Assembly (NCBI GenBank): GCA_964016885.1
Contig: OZ024742.1
Span: 340,442,001-340,506,000 of the forward strand
Direction of reading: 5' to 3'
From: Eledone cirrhosa
Taxonomy: Eukaryota
DNA length: 64,000 nucleotides
Below the pieces are notes generated by a model. That model did not search any database. It was not told the origin of the DNA and saw only the letters and a list, made by a program, of their open reading frames with translations. Positions 15,103 to 27,879 of this stretch are shown here, piece after piece (position 1 is the first letter of the stretch; the number at the start of each line of letters is the position of its first letter). Both the position numbers and the translations under genes were made by a program.

Positions 15103-15444
15103 AAAAGTTAAACAAGGTTCAATGAATAAATCAGAGAATGAGTTTTACAATAGATTGGAAGCATTCAACGGAGAGGTTTTCCAGAGTTATTATATTAATT
15201 CAAAATATTAACAAAATAGATATTCTTGTGATCAAGTATATTTATTATACATATTTCAGAGGTACTGAGTTATCTTCAACAGTACGTCCTCATCAGATAA
15301 AATAAGATGATGCATGACATACCCTGATGGGTAAGATTCAGTCATGGAATCTTAATCGTACTGTTGAAGTTAACTCAGTACCTCTGAAATATGTATAATA
15401 AAATATACTTGTCACAAGAATATCTATTTTGTTAATATTTTGAA

Positions 15445-15452
<8 letters not shown>
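15103..15452 (-). mobile_element. Family E palindromic mini-element
   Basis: Arms 15191-15286/15357-15452, one-sided tail 15103-15190, in (TA)n. Confidence 0.85.
15241..15304 (-). ncRNA. Type I hammerhead ribozyme motif
   Basis: Minus strand: UUUAU-CUGAUGA-GGACGUACUG..CAGUACCUCU-GAAA-UAUGUA-U-A-AUAAA; stems I and II pair, near-palindromic stem III. Confidence 0.75.
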
Positions 15453-15489
<37 letters not shown>

Positions 15490-15498
15490 AAGTTTGTC

Positions 15499-15569
15499 CT
15501 CATCAGTGGCCATCCAACCGTCATAGGCATTTCGTCGCATTATTGGCCATATACCTCAGGTTGGTGCGA
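15499..15569 (-). ncRNA. Candidate non-circularly permuted hammerhead ribozyme (inverted copy)
   Basis: Mirror of 16465-16535, with 6-bp stem I UGGCCA/UGGCCA. Confidence 0.65.
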
Positions 15570-16156
15570 GCAACGGCTAAAAAAAAGTCGTTGGGACACG
15601 TAAATAAAGGGGACGCTAGGGTAAACAAACAAAATGGTTTAAGCAGCAGAAAGAGAGGAAGAAGGAAACAAGTCCCAGATTTCTATGAATATAAATTTGG
15701 TGGAATCGTGAACGAGAGAATAAAGACCATCAAACCTGGTTGAAATGTGAGCAAGGAAGGAATTTCGCACAGGTCTAACGGGAGGAAGAAGGGGTCTGGT
15801 CTGCGAATTCGGTAAACATAAGTTCTGTGAAGTCGCAGACGAGAGAGAGAGAGAGAAAAAAATGCCAACGACGGTTGGATGGCCACTGATGAGGACAAAC
15901 TTTTTCATATGTAGCCCATTTGCAGCGCCGCAGCTCCATTATTATCATATTTACACATATATTTTTTCCTCCGCTGCCACCAGTCTGTTTCGTTCTTTGT
16001 GTCTTTACCCTTTCTAGCAGTCTCTTTCTGTTAGCCTCTTCCTCACCTTTCACTCACTCACTCTCTGTCACTACCTCTCCTCCTCCCCTTTCTTCCCGTT
16101 TGACCTGTCCACAATCCTTTTTTCGTGGGCACTTGGCCAAGCCGGTATGAATTTTT

Positions 16157-16198
<42 letters not shown>

Positions 16199-16464
16199 GC
16201 GACTTCACAGAACTTATGTTTACCGAATTCGCAGACCAGACCCCTTCTTCCTCCCGTTAGACCTGTGCGAAATTCCTTCCTTGCTCACATTTCAACCAGG
16301 TTTGATGGTCTTTATTCTCTCGTTCACGATTCCACCGAATTTATATTCATAGAAATCTGGGACTTGTTTCCTTCTTCCTCTCTTTCTGCTGCTTAAACCA
16401 TTTTGTTTGTTTACCCTAGCGTCCCCTTTATTTACGTGTCCCAACGACTTTTTTTAGCCGTTGC

Positions 16465-16535
16465 TCGCACCAACCTGAGGTATATGGCCTTTAATGCGAC
16501 GAAATGCCTACGACGGTTGGATGGCCACTGATGAG
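16465..16535 (+). ncRNA. Candidate non-circularly permuted hammerhead ribozyme
   Basis: AGGUA-U-A-UGGCC (16478-16489), then GAAA-UGCCU (16501-16509), then GGCCA-CUGAUGA-G (16523-16535); stems I and III pair and covary with the copy at 23423-23494. Confidence 0.7.
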
Positions 16536-16705
16536 GACAAACTTTTTCATATGTAACCCATTTGCAGCGCCGCAGCTCCATTATTATCATATATATATAT
16601 AATATTTTTATTATTATTTTCATATCTTACTATATTTATTTGCTCCCTCCCCCATTATCATCTGCATCCCTCCCCACCCACACACCCCATATATATATAT
16701 ATATA

Positions 16706-16842
16706 TAAATATGGTTTTATAAATATAGTTTCCATTTGTTAATATATCGTATATTTACTCCAATAATTTGTTGAGTGCTTTATATCAGTTATAAAAATAT
16801 TTTAGCTTGTTGTATCCCAACAAATTAAATATAACCTCTGCA
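16706..16842 (+). mobile_element. Family F tail fragment
   Basis: Matches 34620-34752; between (TA)n tracts. Confidence 0.8.
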
Positions 16843-17044
16843 TATATATATATATATATACTCCTCACTACCCCTTCTCCCCACCTCACACCTCCACATT
16901 GACAATATTATATTTTATTCATTCATATCCAAATGTTTTTTCCTCACTATGGAAGTTCTTTAAGTGTTGCCACGACTTTTGTTTGACATGTAGCTCCAGA
17001 CGACTGGTCTCAACTAGGGAACAACACCAAGGACTTCATCTCAT

Positions 17045-17700
17045 TCATCACCATCAACACCACTACCTCTACTACCACTACCACTACTACTACCACTACC
17101 ACTACTACAACCAGTACCACGAGTACCACTACCACCACCACTACCACTACTACGACCAGTACCACTAATACCACCACTACCACTACGACTACCAACACCA
17201 CCATCAGCCAGTACCACTACTACCACCAGTACCAGTACGACGACCACCACCACCATCAGTACCACTACTACCACCAGTGCCACTACTACCACCAGTACCA
17301 CTACTACCACCAGTACCAGAACGACGACGACCACCACCACCAGTGCCACTACTACCACCAGTACCACTACTACCACCAGTACCACTACTACCACCAGTAC
17401 CACTACTACCACCAGTACCACTACTACCACCAGTACCACTACTACCACCACTACCACTACTACCACCAGTACCAGTACCACTACTACTACCAGTGCCAGC
17501 TGTACTACCACCACCACCACCACCACCATCACTATCATCACCAGCACAACTTCAACCACCACCACCATCATTAACACCACCAACACCATCAACACCACCA
17601 TTACCACCATCACCACCACCACCATCACCACCACCACCACCACCACCATCACCATTACCACCACCACTATCATCTACCATTAATAACATCATAAACACCG
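17045..17700. repeat. (CAC/TAC/CAG) array with 18-bp unit CCAGTACCACTACTACCA
   Basis: Direct inspection. Confidence 0.9.
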
Positions 17701-17759
17701 CCACCATCTGTACCTCAGACACCAATACCACCACCATCATTACCATCTTAACCATCTAC

Positions 17760-19148
17760 ACACCCACACACCCTTCCAACTCCACGCACATCAATCCACT
17801 CACCCACCCTCCTATCAACTCACCCACCCCTCCTTTCCACTCACCCACCCTCCTATCAACTCACCCACCCCTCCTATCAACTTACCCACGCCTCATTTCC
17901 ACTCAACCACCCTCCTATCAACTCACCCACCCCTCCTTTCCACTCACCCACCCTCCTATCAACTCACCCACCCATCCTTTCCACTCACCTACCCTCCTTT
18001 CAACTTACCCACCCCTCGTTTCCACTCAACCACCCTCTTATCAACTCACCCACCCCTACTATCCACTCACCCACCCCTCATATCCACTTACCCACCCCTC
18101 CTTTCCACTCAGCTACCCTCTTATCAACTCACCCACCTTAAATATCCACTCACCCAGCCCTCATATCCACTCCCCCACCCCTCTATACACTCACCCACCC
18201 ATCCTATCCCCTCACCCGCCCCTACTATCCCCCACCTATCCCCTCACACACACACGTATCCGCTCCCAAACCAACCAACCATTCAACCACCCATACCCTC
18301 CGATACTAACCCTCCTATCCCTTACCATACCCACCCTCCACTAACACACCTACACACCCTCCATTCCCCACCCCACCCCACCAACCATTCAACCATCCCT
18401 CCCCTCCCATACTCACCCTATCATCACCCACCAACACACCCTCTCCTCACCTACCCACCCTCTCCTCACCTACCCACACTCTCCTCACCTACCCACCCTC
18501 TCCTCACCTACCCACCTCACGCTCCCCACCCGCTCCTATCCAACCATTCAACCAACCCTCCCCTCACCTACTCACCCCAACCCTCCACCACCCCTCCCCC
18601 TCCCATCCAACCATCCAACCAGCCATCCCCCTCACCTACTCCCCCTCCCTACTCCCCCTTCCATCCAACCATCCAACCAGCCATCCCCCTCACCTACTCA
18701 CCCCAACCCTCCACCCCCTCCCCTCTTATCCAACCATCCAACCAGCCATCCCCCTCACCTACTCACCCCCAACCCTCCACCCCCTCCCCTCTTATTCAAC
18801 CCTCCAACCAGCCATCCCCCTCACCTACTCCCCTCCCCCTCTCCTCCCATCCAACCATCCAACCAGCCACCCCCCTCCGCTACTCACCCCACCCCTCCAC
18901 CACCCCTCCCCTCTATCTAACCATCCAACCAGCCATCACCCTCACCTACTCCCCCCTCCCTACAACCCCTCCACTCCTATCCAACCATCCAACCAGCCAT
19001 CCCCCTCACCTACTCACCGCCCTACCCTCTATCCAACCATCCAACCAGCCATCCCCCTCACCTACCCCCCCTCTCCTATCCAACCATCCAACCAGCCATC
19101 CCCCTCACCTACCTCCCTCCTATCCAACCATCCAACCAGCCATCCAGC
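17760..19148. repeat. C-rich minisatellites (~19 bp CCACTCACCCACCCCTCCT; ~40-60 bp ATCCAACCATCCAACCAGCCATCCCCCTCACCTAC)
   Basis: Direct inspection of tandem units. Confidence 0.9.
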
Positions 19149-19356
19149 CCATTATGACTTCTAATTCTATATCCCTGGTCACGCTCCGTGACAACCGTGT
19201 AAACATAACACACACACAGATATAATCCATGTTTAATTTTATCACACATCATTACATAACATCTGACATAGAAAGAGGCGGAGGGGAGAGGTGCGAGGAA
19301 GAGGGGGAGAGCGCGGACGACCTTTACTCGTTTTTTACACACAACATATATATATG

Positions 19357-19433
<77 letters not shown>

Positions 19434-19473
19434 CTCCACAATTTATAATTATATATATATGTATATATATTTA

Positions 19474-19600
<127 letters not shown>

Positions 19601-19771
19601 ACACACATATATAAATGTATTTTTTTTCCTTTTTTAGTCAATGCTGTTGATTTGCGCCGTATAAGGTGATGATTCCTTTTCTCTATCATTAAATATTATG
19701 ATGATGATGATGATCATCATCATCATCATCATTATCATCATCATTATCATCATCATCATCATCATCATTAA

Positions 19772-19837
<66 letters not shown>

Positions 19838-19937
19838 TGTTGTTGTTGTTAATGTTCTTGTTATTAGACATTATAACGTCTCTCCTGGGGTTTGAACCAA
19901 TAGCTTCCATCAGCGAGAAACTCAAGGGATTCCACAT

Positions 19938-19972
<35 letters not shown>

Positions 19973-20478
19973 TTCGTTATTAGTTTTATCATCAATATTA
20001 TTAATATTATTCATATTTTTATTTTTATTTACATTCTTCTATTTTACCCTCAACCCCTCCCACCCCACCCCACCCCATTGTTCCTATTCACATTCTCTCT
20101 TCCCCTTCCCTACTTTCTGTCTTTCTTCTCTTCTTTCTATCATTTTTCTCCTCTGTCTTTCAATCTTTTTCCTCTTCTCTGTTTCCCTCTTTTGTTCCAT
20201 ATCAGGCTTTTTTCTCCATTCCTTGTTCAAACAATTTCTTTACAACTTTACACTTTGCCACGCTCCTCTCTATCTCTAATGTATCGCTCTTTCCCTTTTC
20301 TCTCTCTCTCTTCTCAATATATACATAAATGCACACACACACGTACACACACATACACACACGCTCACACACACACACGTACACACACATGCACACATGT
20401 ACACACACATATATATATGTATATATATGTATATATATGTATATATATTAATATATATATATATATATATGTGTGAGA

Positions 20479-20532
<54 letters not shown>

Positions 20533-20550
20533 ACATATATATACACATAC

Positions 20551-20599
<49 letters not shown>

Positions 20600-20606
20600 C
20601 ACATAC

Positions 20607-20660
<54 letters not shown>

Positions 20661-20674
20661 ACATATATATATTA

Positions 20675-20743
<69 letters not shown>

Positions 20744-21341
20744 CATAGATATATGTATGTATACACTCACAAACACATATACATGTATATACATATACAT
20801 ATGTATATATATTTACGTATATATGCATACACTCACACACACATGTGCATGTGTATATATATATATATACATATACCTGTGTGTGTAGAGATATTTATAT
20901 AACTATATCCGTCTTCTCACCCCATCCCTTCTGCCAGTTATATTTAAGTGATTTACGGCATTAAATTTCGATATTTATTGTTGTTTTATTAATTGTTGTT
21001 TGTCATTGTTTTTGTTGTTGTTGTTATTGTTTAGATGTTGGAGGAAAATTGTTGTTGTTGCTGTTGTTTAAGGCTGATTAAAGCAATTCACATTATTGGT
21101 CTTCTGTAAAGTCAACTTGCTGCTGTTGATTTTGTTGTTGTTGCTTCCAACAAATATATTTATCATTTAAAATACATGTAACAATAAGTCATGGCGGCTA
21201 GCATGAAGGAAGTTTACTTTCTTTAGTTTGCTATTAGGTTTTGTCATTGGTATAGTTATTGTTAGGCCCAGTATTTTGTGGTATAACGGCTAATTCGTCG
21301 TCTCTTTATAATCCAAAGTTTAAGTTGTCGAAACTATTAAG

Positions 21342-21569
21342 TTAACCCTTTAGCATTCATATTACTCTCTATATATTATTGTATTTTTGTTGTAAAGGCT
21401 TTATCTTACAGAATTATCTCACACAATATCGAATCTATGAGATTTTATATTATTTATTTTGATAACACTACCTTAAAATAAGTATGAGCGGCCAGTTATA
21501 GCCGGTTTTAACAGAAAAGGGGGAGAGAATTCTGACCAGATGTGGCCGGTTTAAATGCTAAAGGTTTAA
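21342..21569. mobile_element. piggyBac-type MITE
   Basis: TTAA-CCCTTTAGCATT...AATGCTAAAGGT-TTAA termini; second copy at 56623-56850. Confidence 0.85.
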
Positions 21570-22248
21570 AGATGTGTATATGACCCTCGAGATCACAGTT
21601 AATTGCCATCTTTAATTGCTTTTGACTTCATCTGTTGAAAGTGATTATGGGATTTTCTTGAATCTATCTAACCCGATGTAATCTCTATATAATCTCATAT
21701 AAGAGTAGCTGAATCTATATTTAAAATCACTATCTACTGCAGGGGTTCCACACTATTTTTACGATATCACTCACGTTCACATAAAAACGATTTCCACCAC
21801 CCAACTATATAGTAAATATTTAAAAGTATAAAAACGAGATGGGCAGATTTCTTGATAGACATTTTCCGGATAATAAAAGGTATAACTGTCATAAAAAGTC
21901 AGTTTAGGAACAAGTAATCAGTAACAATATATTGCCAATATATTGAACTCTCACAAAACAATATAAATGAACAATTTTGGCAATACGAGGCCTTTTATTG
22001 AAAGTGATCTAATAAATAGAAACATCAAATAATTCGACACACACATAGCATATTTATATATCACAATGTGACCCCTGTGTCTGGTGCGACGCAGCTAGTG
22101 CAAAGGCATTGGGTTTAAAATTCATCGTCTTTAGCCGCAGTCACCTAGCTTTGTTATATACAGCAAAACAACGCCGAGAGAAAATGGTCGGTGAAGAGGT
22201 AAGCGACAATGAAAAGAACAGTTGTATCCCTTACTTTAACAAGGATAA

Positions 22249-22316
<68 letters not shown>

Positions 22317-22379
22317 ATTTGTCGTACTGCCTCTCTGTTCTGTCCCTGTTCAATTTTTCATTATATATATATATATATA

Positions 22380-22772
22380 TATAGTGAAAAGAAAACAAGG
22401 ACGATTGGTTACTCCTTCATTACATTTATTGATTGGTGACGCGCGTTTCGTCACTGATCAGCTCAAGGTTCGATCTGTATCGATCTTACCCGACTCTGTA
22501 ATCTGCAGCTCGACGGACCCCTTAGCATTTCAAGGGGTCCGTCGAGTTGCATATTACAGAGTCGGGTAAGATCGATACAGATCGAATCTTGAGCTGATCA
22601 GTGGCGAAACGTGCGTCACCAATCAATAAATGTAATGAAGGAGTAACCAATCGTCCTTGTTTTCTTTTCACTATAATACACTGCCTCGCTCTACACATCG
22701 ACACAGAATTGAACTTAAACATCGAGTACTCACCCGGGTGGACCTACAGTAACTCCATGTTACACTCCCTGG
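22380..22772 (+). mobile_element. Palindromic mini-element (~145 bp arms) with partial hammerhead-like motif
   Basis: Arms 22380-22523/22532-22675; GAAA-CGCGCG-TC; tail 22676-22772 containing TCGAGTACT; in (TA)n. Confidence 0.85.
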
Positions 22773-22840
22773 ATATATATATAAGGAAAATGATAACAAA
22801 AAAAAAGGTTTGAAAAGTGCAACTGGTATAATCATACACA

Positions 22841-23189
<349 letters not shown>

Positions 23190-23255
23190 AGTTGCACTTT
23201 TCAAGCCTTTTTATTTGTTATCAAAGCACCAATCCTAATATATATATATATATAT

Positions 23256-23553
23256 GCGAAAGGTCTGTTTCTTACACGCTCATGTATTCACCCAGTTTAT
23301 GCTGACAGAATAACCATGTTGCTTGTTTTTCTTTCCATCTTCGGTTAGCTTTCGCCTGTGTTGTTTACTTGTCTCACTCGCTTTATGCGTTTCAATTGTC
23401 ACAATAACTTATTTTAGTTATTGTCGCACCAACGTGAGGTATATGATTTTTAATGCGATGAAATACCAATGATCGTTGGCAAATCACTGATGAGGGACTC
23501 ATTTTATAACATGTAATCCATGTGCAACCATGCAGTATTCTTCTCCCCATATT

Positions 23554-23558
<5 letters not shown>
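23256..23558 (+). mobile_element. Diverged family D relative
   Basis: Aligns by eye with 16400-16590 (TTGTTTAC..., GCACCAAC.TGAGGTATATG, CACTGATGAGG, CATGTAATCCAT.TGCA); in (TA)n. Confidence 0.75.
23423..23494 (+). ncRNA. Candidate non-circularly permuted hammerhead ribozyme (diverged copy)
   Basis: GGUA-U-A-UGAUUU ... GAAA-UACC ... AAAUCA-CUGAUGA-G; perfect stems I and III. Confidence 0.7.
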
Positions 23559-23606
<48 letters not shown>

Positions 23607-23959
23607 GAGAGAGAGAGCGCTCCTTTTGCATCCTCACCTATTTTCACATGGAAACATTTTCCCACCGCCACCTCTAAAGTAAATATTCAAAAACATACCA
23701 AAAATATTTGGTTCGTAAACTGATATTTTATGGTGTAGTGAAAAGTGCCAAAGGGAAGTAACAAATAACGCTGACTTAGGCGACGGCTGCTGTTGCTAAT
23801 ACCGTATTAAAGAACAAATGAAAGCAAGCTTGACTATTTAAAACTGTATTTTATTAAATTTAATTATAAAGGATGTAATTTAGTTTTATGGTCAAGGCTA
23901 GTTTTATAGTTAGGGTTAGCGGTTATGTCAATATGGAAAAAATATTGCATTTTGAAGCA

Positions 23960-25040
23960 TTCAGAGAAGTGGATAATGGAGTGTTTTAAAAAACAATATT
24001 ATTATATCAAACAGTTCGACAAATTGGACAAACCAGTTGCCTTTTGACAACCATTGTACTTCCGTATGGTACAAAAGTTTCACATAGTCATCATCATTAT
24101 CAAGGCGGAATTGACGGAAAATTTGTTCACACAAAGAATTTATCTTGTTCACAGTTTTAATAGCTAATTGCAGTACATTACTAAGCCTGCCGTCGGTAGT
24201 TTTGCGGCACTAAATGTTGCTGGTGAGCCACACAGTGAACTGTTAAAACAGGATGCGAAAGTTCAAGTTTTAAGAGAGAAGAGAAATCTCTGTATCTGCC
24301 TACCATAGCAGGCGCTCCATCAGTTGCACAAGCAATAATATTGTTTAATGGGATGCTATGGTCATTAAAAAATAGCTTTAATAAATCTAAAAGACGGACT
24401 TTTTGAGTCAAGCGACAATTGATCAGCCAACAGAATCTCACAAGGAATATTTTCATTAAAAAAAACGATATACCACCATCATCAACCGCTGACTTCCAAC
24501 AACTGTTGATTCGTCAACTTGTATGAAAAATTAATAACTCCGGAGATTTATGGATGAGTTAATGTTTAACGTTGGTGGCCATTTCATTTATACGTCGAGA
24601 AATTGTTATTCCTAAGTGGTATTGTCTTGATAATTGTGTCAAGCCTTTTATGCATTACAGTCGAGAGAACTTTTTCAATAACAGGTCGAAATAATGTTCC
24701 TCCTATAATATGGGACTTACCGACCCTCGACAAGTAACGCTGTTGTAGGAGACAATCATTCCGTTATCTTGCTACCTAGTTACTTTCTGAAGTTCCGAGT
24801 TCAAAGTTTTTGGCTTTCGAATGAGGATTTAAGTTGTAAGAAATGTGACAATTGCTTTTCCTTGTGGTCATCAAGCTTATAATATAAATAGTACTTTAAG
24901 CGTGAGTGCTTTATGGCCTCGTTGCTTAAAGTCTGCTTGCACATAAGATACCTGGGTAATTGACTGCTCTAAGGAGAAACGATAAACCCATAATATAAAC
25001 AGTCAGTCCCATATTAACGAGAAGTTTTCTTAAATAGAGA
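23960..25040 (-). mobile_element. Decayed hAT (Buster/Charlie/ZBED5-like) transposase
   Basis: ACATDGAPAMVG, VHCVAHQQHL, LLYHTEVQWLSKG and N-terminal CLYYGFI...LSNEAIKHSRL; frameshifts. Confidence 0.88.
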
Positions 25041-25169
25041 CATTGGGGCGGTTACAAATCATACAATAAACTAAGAAAATATTAGGAACAATAGATAACA
25101 AGACTTTCGTTCAACATAGTATATTATTATTCGTAGTCAGTTTTTATGATCCACAAGTACGAGAACACA

Positions 25170-25480
25170 AAAGCGTTGCAATCCCTTAGGGATCAATAAA
25201 ATACAACAACTTAAAGTGATTGTTTTTTATATGAGTATGTGCTGTAAGCAGGTCGCATCTTGGGGTTCTGATATTTTGTCAGACATTGTCGTCCGCTCTC
25301 GTCAGAGTTCTTAAAGGTGATCACTTGTGTCAAGTTTATTTGTAATTTCTCGGTGTTAGCGTCATAGGTGAGTTTATCCTGAGGTCACTTCTAAACTTTA
25401 CTGGCACTGGCAAAGTTGTTCTTAATCTTCCTATATCTCCCAGCCCCCAAAAAATATTATTTTGTCCTGAGAAATATTTG
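25170..25480 (-). mobile_element. Possible highly decayed Ty3/Gypsy pol fragment
   Basis: IFWGLGDIG...PVKF...PMTLTPR...KISEP...IDP resembles the start of a Gypsy RT. Confidence 0.3.
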
Positions 25481-26221
25481 AATGTTAATGAACTTCTCAA
25501 AACTACAGAATATACCAAAATGTTCATTGTTTGGGGGTTTATATGTTATCTAGGAATGTGGCAAAGGTGTTCCTGTCCAGGTTCCTGTTTTTTATGCCAG
25601 TTCTTTGCACATCTGCTTTATATATTTTTTCGGATAACATATGTTGAAATACCTTCTTAATTCTCAAAATCCTATATCGCCCACCAACATTTCCAATCAG
25701 CCACCATTTACTGTTCAGCTGCTCATTGCCCACCCAAAAGCTGAAATCGCCCACCAGTGGGTAACATCGCTCAGGTTGGGCAATCTGATGACGGGACATA
25801 TAACTTCCCCGTCATACTACACTATACTGACATCGAATTTAACTGTGGAGCTAAGTTTCGCTAACCCACACTGAACTCCCATATTGTGATCTGGCATACA
25901 TGATAATGTCTAAGTCTCTCTCATTGATGTGATTGTATTTTTAGCAAGGGACAGTGCTCTGCTAACTACAGAAAAACATCGATGGGTAAACATTGATAAT
26001 ATCGAGTTTGGTACCTATGGCCTTAAACCTACTACTTGCTGTAATATAGTTATTCCATCATTGTAGACCACATATGTTCCTAATAATTTATTTAATTTAA
26101 CGCTGAGTTTACTAGTTTGTATCTGGGCTTAGAGTTTTTAAGATCCACGAACACGATGAAGTTTTCTTGGCTACGGTTTTCGTTCAGTCTTTATCTCTCT
26201 ATTTCCTCTTTTATTTCTTTA

Positions 26222-26340
26222 TCTATCTTCAGATGAAGGAATGTACGATTCGTTCAGACTCTTTTCCTCTTATTTCAAGCGTTAAACTAATATATTTCTT
26301 CAATATGCTTTTACTTTGTTATTTCTATTTACTTTTTAAA
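26222..26340 (+). mobile_element. Degraded family B relative
   Basis: CAGATGAAGGA...TCAAGCGTTAAACTAATATAT...TGTTATTTCT.TTTAC.TTTTA followed by (CA)n. Confidence 0.6.
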
Positions 26341-27229
26341 CATACGCACACACACGTACACACACACACACACTCACACATACACACACACATGTATATA
26401 TATATATATATATATATACAAGAAGTTGTTCGGTTATTAAAGAACGGGAGCGAACTACAATTAAACTAATATACTGAATCCCTTTAGACAGTGTACTTAG
26501 GTTTATCACATTATAAGTGACTTTCACAGCAACGATCAAACACAACAACTCAGAGGTTAACATCACGTTGATAAATCCATTACTGGATTTATTTCATACT
26601 ATTTTTAATGTTGATCACATATTTTTGCCTCCGCTTTTGATTTTCTTTTTGTATTTTCACAAATATAAAAAAAATTATAAAAGGTAAATGAATGAAGAGA
26701 TATGCGACATTTTTGTTTTATTTTACTTTTTTCTATTTATTTTCATGTATATTATTTTACAATGGAACCTAGCATCTAGTGAGCTAGCAGTTGGACAACG
26801 CGATGTTCGGCCAGAAAATAACGCTTGTATTCTATAGAGGCTTAATGGATGCATCCCTTCCTTTTAATCAACAATATTGAAAGCCTTGAAAATGATCATC
26901 AATCCTACCCTTCCTTTCCTCCCTAAATGGTTAAATACGAAACTAAGTTCTGCTTCTAAGACTTACGGAGGGCGACACATATTTTGTATCTATTTTTATA
27001 AAATGACAGTATCGTTAGAACGTGGGCAAAATATCTGGCAGTATTTAATTAACGCTTTCTGCAATCGTATATAACTGAGGTCAACTTTGCCTTTCATATT
27101 TCCAGGGGTTAGACACCTACACTCACCTACTTCGACGCATTCAGAACATAAGATGGCGACATCTGACTTTGAAAGAAATATATGCCGGCCTCCCACTCAT
27201 ACATGTCGTTGTACGTAAAAGGAAAGTAA

Positions 27230-27550
27230 GATTTGCTGGTTACTGCCAACGTGCCACCTCTGAGGCTGTGTCCCCATTAGTGATTTGAAAACCACAAGTA
27301 CTTACTAATAACAGGGGGTGCAAGCTCTCCTATCCCGATGTGCTGGCTACCTCTGAGGCTGTGTCCCCATTAGTACTTTGGAAACCAAAAGTAGTCACTA
27401 ATTACAGGGGGCGCAAGCTCTCCTATTCCGATGACATCTCCAGAGATTCTGGTATTGAAATCCAGGACTTGTCAACGGCAATACACAACAGACCCACCTG
27501 GAGATCACATGTTGAGTCGATTTCGGCTGCGGCCGCCGGATGATGATGAT
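27230..27550 (+). mobile_element. RTE-clade LINE 3' end with ~110 bp tandem duplication and (TGA)n tail
   Basis: PLVLWKP...RGRKLSYSDDISRDSGI...NRPTWR; 27233-27340 is duplicated at 27342-27432. Confidence 0.75.
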
Positions 27551-27812
27551 TTCTAGGTGTTGATAAAACATGTGCCTGTCAAGATCTCAAATACTGGCCC
27601 GATTTAATCAACTAACATTCTTTCCCTAGTATTGCTGGTGGTGGTGGTAAAGTTAATGGTGATTGCAATGTTGATACCCATAAGGATACATATTTACAAT
27701 TTTGCAGATATAAACAAATATATCTAGGACATACACATAACTATTCTCTGACTCTATTTCTCTCTCTCACGCGCATATATGGTCGATATATATGTCTGTG
27801 TGTTTGTTTGTT

Positions 27813-27877
<65 letters not shown>

Positions 27878-27879
<2 letters not shown>

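Larger units (their letters stand above)
15482..16590 (+). mobile_element. Family D non-coding element with Penelope pLTR-like architecture (inverted + partial tandem repeat)
   Basis: 15482-15863 is the reverse complement of 16152-16552; 15860-15951 is a direct repeat of 16502-16590; flanked by (TA)n. Confidence 0.9.

Noticed and set aside
14689-15111. Family C ORFs ([10 protein letters not shown]..., MTTSAERSPDIK...) as a multicopy gene
   Set aside because: They recur only because the repeat is young; no recognisable motif, and ORFs run into microsatellites
16470-16520. SECIS-like element (UGA...GA in a stem) in family D
   Set aside because: Helix II does not follow the putative quartet in register and there is no upstream ORF; the permuted hammerhead explains the conserved bases better
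16495-16540. Ordinary type II hammerhead reading of GAAA...CUGAUGA
   Set aside because: No stem III-UH-stem I fold between GAAA and CUGAUGA; the pairing partners lie upstream of GAAA
18540-19148. CRISPR-like repeat-spacer array
   Set aside because: Spacers are low-complexity variants of each other; eukaryotic context; no cas genes
26967-27195. MITE with GGAGGGCGACACATATTT / AATATATGCCGGCCTCC ends
   Set aside because: Imperfect termini, single copy in the window, no clear TSD
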